From positions 70,992,001-71,056,000 of the forward strand of contig OZ076409.1 in assembly GCA_964187785.1 (NCBI GenBank): 64,000 nt of DNA, in the 5' to 3' direction. The stretch comes from Amphiscolops sp. MND2022. Lineage: Eukaryota. Both the position numbers and the translations under genes were made by a program. The notes under the pieces were generated by a model that was not told the DNA's origin, ran no database searches, and was given only the letters and a program-made list of their open reading frames with translations. Shown here piece by piece: positions 48,801 to 63,359 of the stretch (position 1 is the first letter of the stretch; each line of letters starts with the position of its first letter).

Positions 48801-51800
48801 TCAGCTCAATCGGACTTGAATTCGGGGAGATATAGCGTTTTTCCGGAGCGGGGGGGTTTCATTTTTCTAACGGTCCAGCTTATCTTTGCCATTTTTTCAA
48901 AAATGTACTCGCCTAAAGGCCTCCCCTGGCCGGTTTTATTCCCAGCAAAACCATTTGGCCCTAAATACGGAGTTTCAGCGTTCCAGCATTCCCGGGCGAA
49001 AAGTTGTGGGACTTAGAATTTTTCAAAAATTTTCAAAAAATTTTTTTTCCGTTATTTGGGCCCCCAAAGTGGGGGAAAGCACCCCCCAACCAGTAAAGCA
49101 AGTGAATGCATGGGGAAAGCCCTTGTTTAGACAAGAAAAATGGCGTTTAGAATGTCTTTTTATCTTAACTTGACATTGACTTTTGCCGTTTTGAAGGTGA
49201 CCGTTAGATACAGAAAATTGATATTTTGAGTATTTATCCCATCTGAAAGCCATTGAGATACAACATGTTTTGCTCAAAACGTGTTTCATTGCAGTTCCGC
49301 TGTCCATTGACACCCTTTGATGTCTTTTGACGTAATTTTCTTTTCTATAATAACAATTTTTTTGTGGTTTTATTCATTTTTTTCTCATCAAATAACTTGA
49401 AACAGTTGAGTACATTCCATCTCCCTTCCCGGGGGAGATGAGAATGTACTCGCTAAAGGTCAGGAACTACGGTCTATATCTTCCACAACACAAAAGCAAT
49501 TGAAAATTGTTTCAGTTTGTCGCAGAAAACTTTTCTTTTTGCACTCAGTGACTCGGCAAAGTGAACGATTTTGACCCATATTGAATCTTACTTTACCACA
49601 ACTCATCTCTAACGTCAACGGCCCCCACACACATCAACGCCCCCCGTCCGTGGGCATGCCGAGGCATGCCCTTCGACGACGTATAGCAAAATATATTCGA
49701 GCGCGGTAGCCGCTAGGTGGCCGTGTCTTTTCGACGTGCTTTTGCATTGAGGAGTGGGTAGGGCCCCGCGACGACCTAGAAGAATTGGATGCTCACCGAA
49801 ACGTGCAGAATTCTACGAGATCTCATAGTTTGAGCCATACGATTTTTCTGAAATTTGGCATGTGGCCTGGAATTGGTGAGTAGGTAAAACGTGTAGGAGG
49901 TGATTTTTCCCAAATTCCACTGTGAGACGAGATATGGGCAAATAACGGTCCCAAAAATGGCAAAAATGCACTTTTTTCAACTTTGTCAGCCCATATCTCG
50001 TTCCCAGGTGCCCGGAGCGGGACGCGTTAAGCTGATTATAAACTCTAGGGTGTTGAGGCTGTACGGTGAACTTGGGCCCGTTCCGATCGGACTTGTAGTC
50101 TTGGAGAAATAACGGTATTTTTGGGGAACCTTTTCTAACGGTCCAGCTTATCTTTGCCATTTTTTCGAAAATGTACTCGCCTAAAGGCCTCCCCCTGGCC
50201 GAATTTACTCCCAGCAAAACCATTTGGCCCTAAATACGGAGTTTCAGCGTTCCAGCATTCCCGGGCGAAAAGTTCTGGGACTTGGAAAATTTTCAAAAAT
50301 TTTCAAAAATTTTTTTTTTCGTTTTCCGGGCCCCCAATGAAGGGGAAACGACCCCCCAACCAGTATTTTGAGTTAATTCATGTGGAAAGCCCTTGTTTTG
50401 ACGAGAAAAATACCGTTTAGAACATCTTTTTATCTTGACTCAACGTTGACTTATGACGTTTTGAATGTGATGTAAGGATGTAGGAGGCATGTGATAAGTT
50501 GATGTTTTGAGTCTTTATCTCATATGAAAGCGGTTGAGATGCAAGCTGTCCTGCTCAAAACGTCTTTCGTTGTAATTTTCCAGTGCACCAATACCCTTTG
50601 GTGTCATATAAACATACTTTTTGTCGATATATTAACAATTTTAATGTATTTATTCCAATTTTTATTATCTTATAACTCAAAACAGTTGAGTACATTTCAT
50701 CTCCCTTTCGGGGGAGATGAGAATGTACTCGCTAAAGACCTAGCGCCATGACCAAAAGTTTGAAACCCACGTTTTTTATCTTCTTACAGACTTGTTTTTG
50801 TATTTTTTCGGAATTTTTTAAAAATTAATATACTTGAAATACATTACTTGACTTTACTACTACAACCCACCTCCAACGACAACGCCCCCCTGCTTGCATC
50901 AACGCCCACCGTCCGTGGGCATGCCGAGGCATGCCCTTCGACGACGTATGCCAAATGCCCAGTGCCACGCAGTCATTATCGCTAGGTGGCCGGAAATTTT
51001 TTTTTCATCAAAATCTTTGCCATTGGGGGAGGGGCCCCAGATGGCCAGTAGTACGGGATAGCTTCCTACCAAATCCAGATGGAAAAAACGTGATTTCGGA
51101 AACTAGCCGTCAGAATTTGCTCAAAATTTGCATACGGCTTCCTATGACAATCCTAAGAACTAATCCCTACTGGCATTTTGCCCGAAAAACGCAAAAAGTT
51201 GGTCAAAATCTTAGTTTTTTGGTCAAAAAATGGCGTTTTTTCGAAAAAAATTTTTTTCAGAGACAATTACTCGTAACTGGTTCACCCAGCGCAAAAACGC
51301 CTAGCTGATTTATTGTTGGGCATTTCATGAGGAGTGCGTATACAAATTTTCGTCCAGATCGGAAAAAAATTGACTAAGTATTAGCCGGAATTCGGACGCA
51401 TTTTTTCGCAAATTTTTGAAAACCTAGTCTATCTCTGCCGTTTTTTGCCCAGATTTTTTTCCAGGTCCTCTCCTAAAGGCCTCCCCTGGCCGGTTTACTT
51501 CCCAGAAAAACCATTTGGCCCTAAATACGGAGTTTCAGCGTTCTAGCATTCCCGGGCGAAAAGATGTGGGACTTAGAAAAAATTCAAAATTTTTCAAAAA
51601 AATTTTTTTCGTTTTCCGGCCCCCCAATGAAGGGGAACGACCCCCCAACGAGGATTTTTGGTGAATTCACGTGGAAAGGCCTTGTTTTGTGGAGCAAATT
51701 GCCGTTTAGAGCGACTTTTTATCTTAACTTGACGTTGACCTCTGTCGTTTTGAATTTGATATTAGTATGTGTTGAGCATGTGAAAAGTTGATGATTTCAG

Positions 51801-54800
51801 TTGTTCTCTCGTGTTCAAACCATTGAGATACAAGCGGTAGTGATCAAAATGTGATTTATCGCAATTTGGTGGTGCTTTTGGTGTATTTTGATTCTTTTAA
51901 ATAAAAATTTGTTCTTTATATATTTGGTGTATTGATTCAAATGAACAAGAAACAGTTGAGTACATTTCATCTCCCCCCTTGTGGGGGAGATGAGGATGTA
52001 CCCGCTAAATGACACGCACAATGGCCCAATTTTATTTTTATGCGACGTTTTCTAGGCTTTTGCGCAAGCCCACTAAAATTTAGACTGGTTTCCTTTTCTT
52101 TTACTCCAAAATTTTCCGTACTAACCACCTTACCCACCACCAGCTCAACGTAACACCTGTAACGTCAACGCCACATACTCGCATCAACGCCCACCGTCCG
52201 TGGGCATGCCGAGGCATGCCCTTCGACGCCGTATGCCAAATAGCGCCACAGGGCGCAAACTTGTCCGCTAGGTGGCCGGAAATTTTTTTTTTCATCAAAA
52301 TCTTTGCCATTGGGGGAGGGGCCCCGGATGGCCAGTAGTACGGCATAGCTCCCTACGGAATCCAGGCGGAAAAAACGTGATTTCGGAAACTAGCCGTCAG
52401 AATTTGCTCAAATTTTGCATACGGCTTCCTATAACAATCCTAAGAACTAATCCCTACTGGCATTTTGCCCAAAAAACGCAAAAAGTTGGTCAAAATCTTA
52501 GTTTTTTGGTCAAAAAATGGCAATTTTTCGAAAAAAAATTTTTTCAGAGACGATTACTCGTAACTGGTTCACCCAGCGCAAAAACGCCTAGCTGATTTAT
52601 TGTTGGGCACTTCATGAGGAGTGCGTATACAAATTTTTGTCCAGATCGGAAAAAAAATGACTAAGTATTAGCCGGAATTCGGACGCATTTTTTCGCAAAT
52701 TTTTGAAAACCTAGTCTATCTCTGCCGTTTTTTGCCCAGATTTTTTTCCAGGTCCTCTCCTAAAGGCCTCCCCTGGCCGGTTTACTTCCCAGAAAAACCA
52801 TTTGGCCCTAAATACGGAGTTTCAGCGTTCTAGCATTCCCGGGCGAAAAGATGTGGGACTTAGAAAAAATTCAAAATTTTTCAAAAAATTTTTTTTTCGT
52901 TTTCCGGCCCCCCAATGAAGGGGAACGACCCCCCAACGAGGATTTTTGGTGAATTCACGTGGAAAGGCCTTGTTTTGTGGAGCTAATTGCCGTTTAGAGC
53001 AACTTTTTATCTTAACTTGACGTTGACGTCGTTTTGAATTTGATATTAGTATGTGTTGAGCATGTGAAAAGTTGATGATTTCAATTGTTCTCTCGTGTTC
53101 AAGCCATTGAGATACAAGCGGTAGTGATCAAAATGTGATTTATCGCAATTTGATGGTGCTTTTGGTGTATTTTGATTTTTTTAAATAAAAAGTTGTTCTT
53201 TATATATTTGGTGTATTGATTCAAATGAACAAGAAACAGTTGAGTACATTTCATCTCCCCCCTTGTGGGGGAGATGAGGATGTACCCGCTAAATGACACG
53301 CACAATGGCCTAATTTTATTTTTATGCGACATTTTCTAGGCTTTTGCGCAAGCCCACTAATATTTAGACTGGTTTCCTTCTTTTACTCCAAAATTTTCCG
53401 TACTAACCACCTTACGCACCACCAGCTCAACGTAACATCTGTAACGTCAACGCCACATACTCTCACTAACGCCCACCGTCCGTGGGCATGCCGAGGCATG
53501 CCCTTCGACGACGTATGCCAAATAGCGCCACAGGGCGCCCAATTTTGTCTAGGTGCCGGGATTTCTATTCGTTCGAGTATGTGGCGCGTGTGGGTAGGGC
53601 CCCTGGCGCGCTCTTGTGTTTGGGGGTTTCCTACTTCTAAATCACGTTCAGATTTCCGGGATCTCGTAAACTATCCATACGATTTGGCTGAAATTTGGCA
53701 CACGTACCCCCCTCGGCACGGTGAAGATGATTTCCTACTGACGTTTTTCCCGCTAAACATTTTTTGTTGACCAAAATAACGGTTTTTGGTGGAAAATTTT
53801 TGATTTTTTTTAAATTTTATCTTATATCTCGCCACGGGTCCACGCTAGCGCTTCCAAACCTTGCTGACGAAACCTCGCAAACTGTCTCAGGAATGCTGTG
53901 TGAAATTTTCAGCTCAATCGGACTCAAACTCGGGGAGATATAGCGTTTTTCCGGAGCGGGGGGGTTTCATTTTTCTAACGGTCCAGCTTATCTTTGCCAT
54001 TTTTTCGAAAATGCACTCGCCTAAAGGCCTCCCCTGGCCGGTTTTACTCCCAAAAAAACCATTTGGCCCTAAATACGGAGTTTCAGCGTTCTAGCATTCC
54101 GGGGCGAAAAGTTGTGGTACTTAGTAAATTTCAAAAATTTTCAAAAATTTTTTTTTCGTCATTTGGGCCCCCAAAGTGGGGGAAAAGACCCCCCAACCAG
54201 TAATTTGAGTGAATTCATGTGGAAAGGCCATGTTTAGCGGCGAAAAATGCTTTTTAGATCGTCTTTTTATTTTAACCTGTTGTTGACTTATGTTGTTTTG
54301 AAGGTGATGTTTGGATGTGTGAAGCATGTGAAAAGGTAATTTTTTGTGTCTTTATCTCTTCTAAAAGCCATTGAGATGCAATCTGTTTTGCTCAAAACGT
54401 AATTCAATGCAATTTGGCAGTCAATGAACACAATTTGGTGTCTTTTGTTATATTTTTCTGTTGATATAATAAAAAATTTTGTGTCTTTATTAATTTTTTT
54501 TAAATAAAATAACTTGAAACAGTTGAGTACATTCCATCCCCCCCTTCCGGGGGAGATGGAAATGTACTCGCTAAAAGCCGCGAACAAGAGCCCATACCTT
54601 CCTGCGCTACGCAGTATAAAGATTGCATGTTGGTTCCGACTTTTTGGTAGTGTTATATCTTGGTAATTTGACTGAATATGGAGAAAAATCAGCAAGTGCT
54701 CTTTTATAGCAAATTGCTGACAACGACAATTTTTTTATATCAACGCCCCCATATTCATCAACGCCCCCCGTCCGTGGGCATGCCGAGGCATGCCCTTCGA

Positions 54801-57404
54801 CGACGTATACCAAGATATACTCCCGAGCGCGGTAGCCGCTAGGTGCCGGTGTTTTTTTACACAAAGGGGGATGTTGCGCGTGTGGGGAGGGTCCCTTTGC
54901 GCGCTTTAAGATCCAGGTGTTTCCAACTCCTAAACGGGCATGTGATTTCGACGATCTCCTAAACTAGCCATACGATTTGGCTGAAATTTGGCACACGTAC
55001 CCCCCTCGGCACGGTGAAGATGATTCCCTACTGACGTTTTTCCCGCTAAACATTTTTTGTTGACCAAAATAACGGTTTTTGGGGTAAAATTTTCAACTTT
55101 TTTTAAATTTCATCTTATATCTCGCCACGAGTACACGCTAGCGCTTCCAAACCTTGCTGACGAAAGTTTGCAAACTGTCTCAGGAATGCTGTGTGAAATT
55201 TTCAGCTCAATCGGACTCAAACTCGAGGAGATATAGCGTTTTTCCGGAGCGGGGGGGTTTCATTTTTCTAACGGTCCAGCTTATCTTTGCCATTTTTTCG
55301 AAAATGCACTCGCCTAAAGGCCTCCCCTGGCCGGTTTTATTCCCAGCAAAACCATTTGGCCCTAAATACGGAGTTTCAGCGTTCCAGCATTCCCGGGCGA
55401 AAAGTTGTGGGACTTAGAAAAGTTCAAAAATTTTCAAAAAATTTTTTTTCCGTTACTTGGGCCCCCAAAGTGGGGAAAAAGACCCCCAACCAATAAAGCA
55501 AGTGAATGCATGTGCAAAGCCCTTGTTTAGAGGAGAAAAATGCCGTTTAGAACGTCTTTTTATCTTGGCTCAACGTTGACTTATGACGTTTTGAAGGTGA
55601 TGTTTGGAGGTGTAAAGCACGTGAATAGTAAACGTTATGAGTATTTATCTGATCTGAAAGCCATTGAGATGCAATATGGTTTGCTCAAAACGTAATTCAT
55701 TACAGTTCGGCAATCAATCAACACCCTTTGTTGTCGTTTGACATACTTTTTTGTTGTTATAACAAAAAATTTTGTGTATTTATTCATTTTTTTCTCATCA
55801 AATAGCTTGAAACAGTTGAGTACATTCCATCCCCCCTTCCGGGGGAGATGAGAATGTACTCGCAAAAAGCACCGAACTACGGCCCTTACCTTCCCGAGCT
55901 ACGCAGTATAAGGATTACATAATGGTTCCGACATTTTCATAGAGTTAAATCTTGGTAATCTGTCTGGATATGCAGAAAAATCAGCACGTGCCTTTCAATA
56001 CCAAGTTGCTTACAACGACAATTATTTTATATCAACGCCCCCATATTTATCAACGCCCCCCGTCCGTGGGCATGCCGAGGCATGCCCTTCGACGACGTAT
56101 ACCAAGATATACATAAGCGCGGTAGCCGCTAGGTGCCGGTGTTTTTTTACACAATGGGGGATGTTGCGCGGTTGGGGAGGGTCCCTGACGCGCTTCCGTG
56201 GTATCGGGTCTTTCAACCGATGAAAACGACATAAAAAATTGGGATCTCGTAAACTAGCCATACGATTTGGCTGAAATTTGGCACACGTACCCCCCTCGGC
56301 ACGGTGAAGATGATTCCCTACTGACGTTTTTCCCGCTAAACATTTTTTGTTGACCAAAATAACGGTTTTTGGGGTAAAATTTCCAACTTTTTTTAAATTT
56401 CATCTTATATCTCGCCACAGGTACACGCTAGCGCTTCCAAACCTTGCTAACGAAAGTTTGCAAACTGTCTCAGGAATGCTGTGTGAAATTTTCAGCTCAA
56501 TCGGACTTAAACTCGAGGAGATATAGCGTTTTTCCGGAGCGGGGGGGTTTCATTTTTCTAACGGTCCAGCTTATCTTTGCCATTTTTTCGAAAATGCACT
56601 CGCCTAAAGGCCTCCCCTGGCCGGTTTTATTCCCAGCAAAACCATTTGGCCCTAAATACGGAGTTTCAGCGTTCTAGCATTCCCGGGCGAAAAGTTGTGG
56701 GACTTAGAAAATTTCAAAAATTTTCAAAAATTTTTTTTCCGTTATTTGGGCCCCCAAAGTGGGGGAAAAGACCCCCCAACCAGTAAAGCAAGTGAATTCA
56801 TGTGCAAAGCCCTTGTTTGGACGAGAAAAATGCCGTTTAGAACGTTTTTTTATCGTAACTTGACATTGACTTTTGTCGTTTTGAAGGTGACCGTTAGATA
56901 CAGAAAATTGATATTTTGAGTGTTTATCCCATCTGAAAGCCATTGAGATACAAAATTTTTTGTTCAAAACGTGTTTCATTGCAGTTTCGCTGTCCATTAA
57001 CACCCTTTGGTGTCTTTTGACGTAATTTTCTTTTCTATAATAACAATTTTTTTGTGTATTTATTCATTTTTTTCTCATCAAATAAATTGAAACAGTTGAG
57101 TACATTCCATCTCCCTTCACGGGGGAGATGAGAATGTACTCGCTAAAGGTCAGGAACTACGGTCTTTATCTTCCACAACACAAAAGAGATTGCAAATTGT
57201 TTCAGTTTGTCGCAGAAAACTTCTTTTTGCACTCTGTGACTCGACAAAGTGAACGTTTCTTACTTACTTTGAATCTCACCATACCACAACTCATCTCTAA
57301 CGTCAACGCCCCCCACACACATCAACGCCCCCCGTCCGTGGGCATGCCGAGGCATGCCCTTCGACGACGTATAACAAAATATATTCGAACGCGGTAGCGG
57401 CTAG
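36895..57404 (+). mobile_element. Sixteen tandem short non-autonomous units (1269-1294 bp) of mixed head/tail types
   Basis: Junction CTAGs end at 38183, 39456, 40747, 42019, 43308, 44595, 45878, 47150, 48444, 49716, 50985, 52271, 53552, 54842, 56132, 57404. Confidence 0.88.
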
Positions 57405-60400
57405 GTGCGGGGGGGAAACCCCAACAAAATTTTTGGAGGATTCGGGTAGGGTCCTGAATCCGAGTTCAGTGCTGCCAGCTTTCGTTAAGAAAATTTGGAT
57501 AGGATTCGGGATCTCGTGATCTAACCATAGGATTTTAAAGTTGGAGCGGCCCCCACCAGATTTTCCGAAAATTAGCGCCCCCCACCGGGTTCCATACCCC
57601 GGAAAATTTTTTTCTGGCCACACGGGCGACCGTTAGGGGGTCATTTTAGGGGTAAAATTCATATTGGGCCACATAACTTTTTTTCTGTTGATTTAAAACT
57701 TTGGGACCCTGCTAAAAGTTTCTTGACCGTGTTGCAAGGGCTCCGGAGGTCCAAACCAAATTTTTCTAGCTTGAAGCTATCTCCAAGTACCCCCCCGCCC
57801 AAAACGTTATTTTTCCGGAAACGCAGGTTTTTGACCCGGAAGGAGTCGTCTGAGCGCGGGGTCGTTAGGTGATGTATTGGGGACGGCCTTGAGACGAAGT
57901 GGGGGACATGTAGTTTGTCAACCTCAGTTTACCCCCCAGACAGGAAATGACCGTTATATGAGCGGGAAAAATGCCCCCTTCCACGTTTTACCGCTATTTT
58001 CGGTGTGAAGGAGTGGAAGTAGCGCGTCGGGTGCCATATATCAAAAGTAGGTTTAGACAAGGACCTATCGGAAACATGTGGTTTGGGACCCCCTGGACCA
58101 ACCCGTTAGCGGGAAATGGGGCTTCCGCCTCCTTTTTTTACTGCTAAAACAGTAAAATGGGCATTGAGGGGTAAATATCTCGTGAACGCGTGGAGCTACG
58201 GTGTCCATCACTACTACAAGGTTTCATACCCATGATATGGTGCCTTCAGGGGGGCAAACAGATTTCCGCTATCTATCACCGTTACTGACTTGGCCCCCCA
58301 GCCTAACCGCTATGTGACCGGAAATGTCACTTTTTGAGCCCAAAGGGTCGGTCCCAGCCAGGGAACGTTAGGTAACTTATTGTAGTACTCATTGAGATGA
58401 GTTGGGGGACATAGTTTCAGTCACCCCCCGTTACCCCTTAGGACCGGAAATGACCGTTATGTGAGTAAAATTGCCATTTTTGTCCTATTTGAAGGGCATT
58501 TAGATGCGGAAGGAGCGGTAATAGGTGCTTGGACACTATATGATGATAGGGAGGACGTGAGGCGAGCTTTCGGAATTAACCGTTATGTTGACCCCAAAGT
58601 CCCCCTGGTACCGGAAGTGACCCGTTATGGTCAAATTTTGTGTTTAAAGTGTACAAATGTTTGGTGTTTTTTGGATAACAGTACCTATTAGGTGTTTCGA
58701 CGGTCTGCAGTCGTGAACATAGTCATGAAACCTTGTGGGGGGTAAAGGTATATAGCACCGGAAGTCCAAACCGTTGGAGACAGGATAAGTTTTTTGGTTT
58801 TAAAATGTCTTTCGGCCTACTTTTGTTGACTATTATGGACTATTTTTGAAAAATAAATTTTTTCCAAATAGTTTCAGAGACTCCGAAAACTCAACCAACA
58901 TAACCGTTACCTTATGATAGCCTTTCAAGTTGGCCTGGTGTCAACTTGGAAGGGCTATCCTTCAAAAATCATTAATCAAGTGTAATTTTGAGTATGTTTG
59001 TATTACTTTAGAATCAATTAGAGCTTCAAGAAAAGTTTGCCAACGATAAAAACTATGTCGTGATGATTCCTTTATTAGAATAATAGTTAACAAAATATTG
59101 ATAAAGTTGATTTTTTACACTTTAAATGTGTTCTAAATGCCAGAAAACCTCTTTACCAAACAAATGGAATTGATTGAATTGTATATAACAGCTAATAAAA
59201 CTTCAAATTGAATATTAGGTTTCATTATGGAAGCTGAAACGTCAAATTATAGTTTAATTAACGTCAACGCCACATACTTTACATCAACGCCCACCGTCCG
59301 TAGGCATGCCGAGGCATGCCTTTCGACGACGTATACCAAATTCCACCCACACAACACCCCCGAGCGCGGTAGCAGCTGGGTGCGGGGGGGAAACCCCAAC
59401 AAAATTTTTGGAGGATTCGGGTAGGGTCCTGAATCCGAGTTCAGTGCTGCCAGCTTTCGTTAAGAAAATTTGGATAGGATTCGGGATCTCGTGATCTAAC
59501 CATAGGATTTTAAAGTTGGAGCGGCCCCCACCAGATTTTCCGAAAATTAGCGCCCCCCACCGGGTTCCATACCCCGGAAAATTTTTTTCTGGCCACACGG
59601 GCGACCGTTAGGGGGTCATTTTAGGGGTAAAATTCATATTGGGCCACATAACTTTTTTTCTGTTGATTTAAAACTTTGGGACCCTGCTAAAAGTTTCTTG
59701 ACCGTGTTGCAGGGGCCCCGGAGGTCCAAACCAAATTTTTCTATCTTGAAGCTATCTCCAAGTACCCCCCCGCCCAAAACGTTATTTTTCCGGAAACGCA
59801 GGTTTTTGACCCGGAAGGAGTCGTCGGAGCGCGGGGTCGTTAGGTGATGTATTGGGGACGGCCTTGAGACGAAGTGGGGGACATGCAGTTTGCCAACCCC
59901 AGTTTACCCCCCGGACGGGAAATGACCGTTATATGAGCGGGAAAAATGCCCCCCTCCACGTTTTACCGCTATTTCCGGTGTGAAGGAGTGGGAGTAGCGC
60001 GTCAGGTGCCATATATCAAAAGTAGGTTTAGACAAGGATCTATCGGAAACATGTGGTTTGGGACCCCTTGGACCAACCCGTTAGCAGAAAATGGGGCTTC
60101 CGGCCCGTTTTTTTACGGTTAAAAACGGAAAATGGGCATTGAGGGGTAAATATCTCGTGAACGCGTGGAGCAATCGTGTCCATCACTACTACAAGTTTTC
60201 ATACCCATGATATGGTGCCTTCAGGGGGGCAAACAGATTTCCGCTATCTATCACCGTTACGGACTTGGCCCCCCAGCCTAACCGCTATGTGACCGGAAAT
60301 GTCACTTTTTGAGCCCAAAGGGTCGGTCCCAGCCGGGGAACGTTAGGTAACTTATTGTAGTACTCATTGAGACGAGTTGGGGGATACAGTTTCAGTCACC

Positions 60401-63359
60401 CCCCGTTACCCCTTGGGACCGGAAATGACCGTTATGTGGGTAAAATTGCAATTTTTGTGCTTTTTCGAGGGCATTTAGGTGCGGAAGGAATGGTAATAGG
60501 TGCTTGGACACTATATGATGATAGGGAGGACGTGAGGCGAGCATTCAAAAATAACCGTTATGTTGACCCCAAAGTCCCCCTGGTACCGGAAGTGACCCGT
60601 AACGGTCAAATTTTGTGTTTTTAGGGTACAAATGATTAGAATTTTATGGAAAAAAGTACCTGGTCGGTGTTTCAACGGCTTGCAGTAGTGAACATAGTCA
60701 TGAAACCTTGTGGGGGGTAACGGTATAAAGCACCGGAAGTCCAAACCGTTGGAGACAGGATAGGTATTTTGGTTTTAAAATGCCTATAAGCGTACTTTTG
60801 TGGGTTGAATCGTTTCAATATCGACTAATTTGGATATTTTTTTGACATTGAAGGTTTTTTCAATAGTTTCAGGGACCTCCAATGCTTCAATCAACATAAC
60901 CGTTACCTTATGATAGCCTTTCAAGTTGGCCTGGTGTCAACTTGGAAGGGCTATCCTTCGAAAATCGTAATTCAAGTGTGTTTTTGAGTACGTTTTTATT
61001 ACTTTAATATCAATTAGAGCCTAATCATTAGTTTGCCAACGACAAAAACTATGACGTGATGATACCGTTAGTAGAAGAATAGTTAACAATTTGTTGACAA
61101 AATTGATTTTTTGCATTTTAAATGTTTCCTAAATGCCAGGAAAACAATTTATCTAATGAATGGTACTGATTGAACCCAAGTATCATTTGAAAAAAAGTTA
61201 AACATTTTTTTTTCGTTTCATTATGGAAGCTGAAACCTCACGTTTTAGGTCACTTAACGTCAACGCCACATACTTTACATCAACGTCCGCCGTCTGTGGG
61301 CATGCCGAGGCATGCCCTTCGACGACGTATACCAATTACATATATATCTACACCCACCCGCGGTAGCAGCTAGGTGCGGGGGGGAAACCCCAACAAAATT
61401 TTTGGAGGATTCGGGTAGGGTCCTGAATCCGAGTTCAGTGCTGCCAGCTTTCGTTAAGAAAATTTGGATAGGATTCGGGATCTCGTGATCTAACCATAGG
61501 ATTTTAAAGTTGGAGCGGCCCCCACCAGATTTTCCGAAAATTAGCGCCCCCCACCGGGTTCCATACCCCGGAAAATTTTTTTCTGGCCACACGGGCGACC
61601 GTTAGGGGGTCATTTTAGGGGTAAAATTCATATTGGGCCACATAACTTTTTTTCTGTTGATTTAAAACTTTGGGACCCTGCTAAAAGTTTCTTGACCGTG
61701 TTGCAGGGGCCCCGGAGGTCCAAACCAAATTTTTCTATCTTGAAGCTATCTCCAAGTACCCCCCCGCCCAAAACGTTATTTTTCCGGAAACGCAGGTTTT
61801 TGACCCGGAAGGAGTCCTCGGAGTGCGGGGTCGTTAGGTGATGTATTGGGGACGGCCTTGAGACGAAGTGGGGGACATGCAGTTTGCCAACCCCAGTTTA
61901 CCCCCCGGACGGGAAATGACCGTTATATGAGCGGGAAAAATGCCCCCCTCCACGTTTTACCGCTATTTCCGGTGTGAAGGAGTGGGAGTAGCGCGTCGGG
62001 TGCCATATATCAAAAGTAGGTTTAGACAAGGACCTATCGGAAACATGTGGTTTGGGACCCCCTGGACCAACCCGTTAGCAGGAAATGGGGCTTCCGGCCC
62101 GTTTTTTTACGGTTAAAAACGGAAAATGGGCATTGAGGGGTAAATATCTCGTGAACGCGTGGAGCTACGGTGTCCTTCACTACTACAAGGTTTCATACCC
62201 ATGATATGGTGCCTTCAGGGGGGCAAACAGATTTCCGCTATCTATCACCGTTACGGACTTGGCCCCCCAGCCTAACCGCTAAGTGACCGGAAATGTCACT
62301 TTTTGAGCCCAAAGGGTCGGTCCCAGCCAGGGAACGTTAGGTAACTTATTGTAGTACTCATTGAGATGAGTTGGGGGACATAGTTTCAGTCACCCCCCGT
62401 TACCCCTTAAGACCGGAAATGACCGTTATGTGAGTAAATTTGCCGTTTTTGTCCTATTTGAAGGGCATTTAGATGCGGAAGGAGTGGTAATAGGTGCTTG
62501 GACACTATATGAGGTAAGGGAGGATATGAGGCGAGCATTCGGAAATAACAGTTATGTTGACCCCAAAGTCCCCCTGGTACCGTAAACGACCGGAAATGGT
62601 CAAATTTTGTGTTTCTAGGGCACAAATGTTTGGTTTTTTAAGCATTAAAGTACAGGTTAGGTGTTTCGACGTTCTGCAGTAGTGAACATAGTCATGAAAC
62701 CTTGTGGGGGGTAACGGTATACAGCACCGGAAGTCCAAACCGTTGGTCATAGAATAGGTTTTTGGTTACAAAATGTCTTCAGCCGTAGTTTTGTTGGTTG
62801 AATTGTCATAATATCAACTATTATGGACTTGTAATGGAAGTAAAATTTTTTCACATTAGTTTCAGGGACCTCCAATGTTTCAGTCAACATAACCGTTACA
62901 TTTTGATAGCCTGTCAAGTTGGCCTGGTGTCAACTTGGAAGGGCTATCCTTCTAAAATCGGTATTCACGAATGTTTTTGGGTAGGTATATACTGCATTAG
63001 TACCAATTAGAGCTTCATCAACAGTTTACCAACGACAAAAACTATGTCCTGATGATTCCGTTATTAGAATAAAAGTTAACAAATTTTTGAAAAAGTTGAC
63101 TTTTTACATTTCAAATGTGTCCTAAATGCCAGGAAACCTATTTAAATAACAAAAGGAATTGATTGAAACTAAATATTAGGTTAAAAAAAAGTTACTTCGT
63201 TCCGTTATGGAAGCTGAAACGTCATATAATAGTGTAATTAACGTCAACGCCACATACTTTACATCAACGCCCACCGTCCGTAGGCATGCCGAGGCATGCC
63301 TTTCGACGACGTATACCAAATTCCACCCACACAACACCCTCGAGCGCGGTAGCAGCTAG
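57405..63359 (+). mobile_element. Three tandem long non-autonomous units (1975, 1994, 1986 bp)
   Basis: Same family as 2163-12087 (distinct subvariant); junctions end at 59379 (CTGG), 61373, 63359. Confidence 0.88.
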
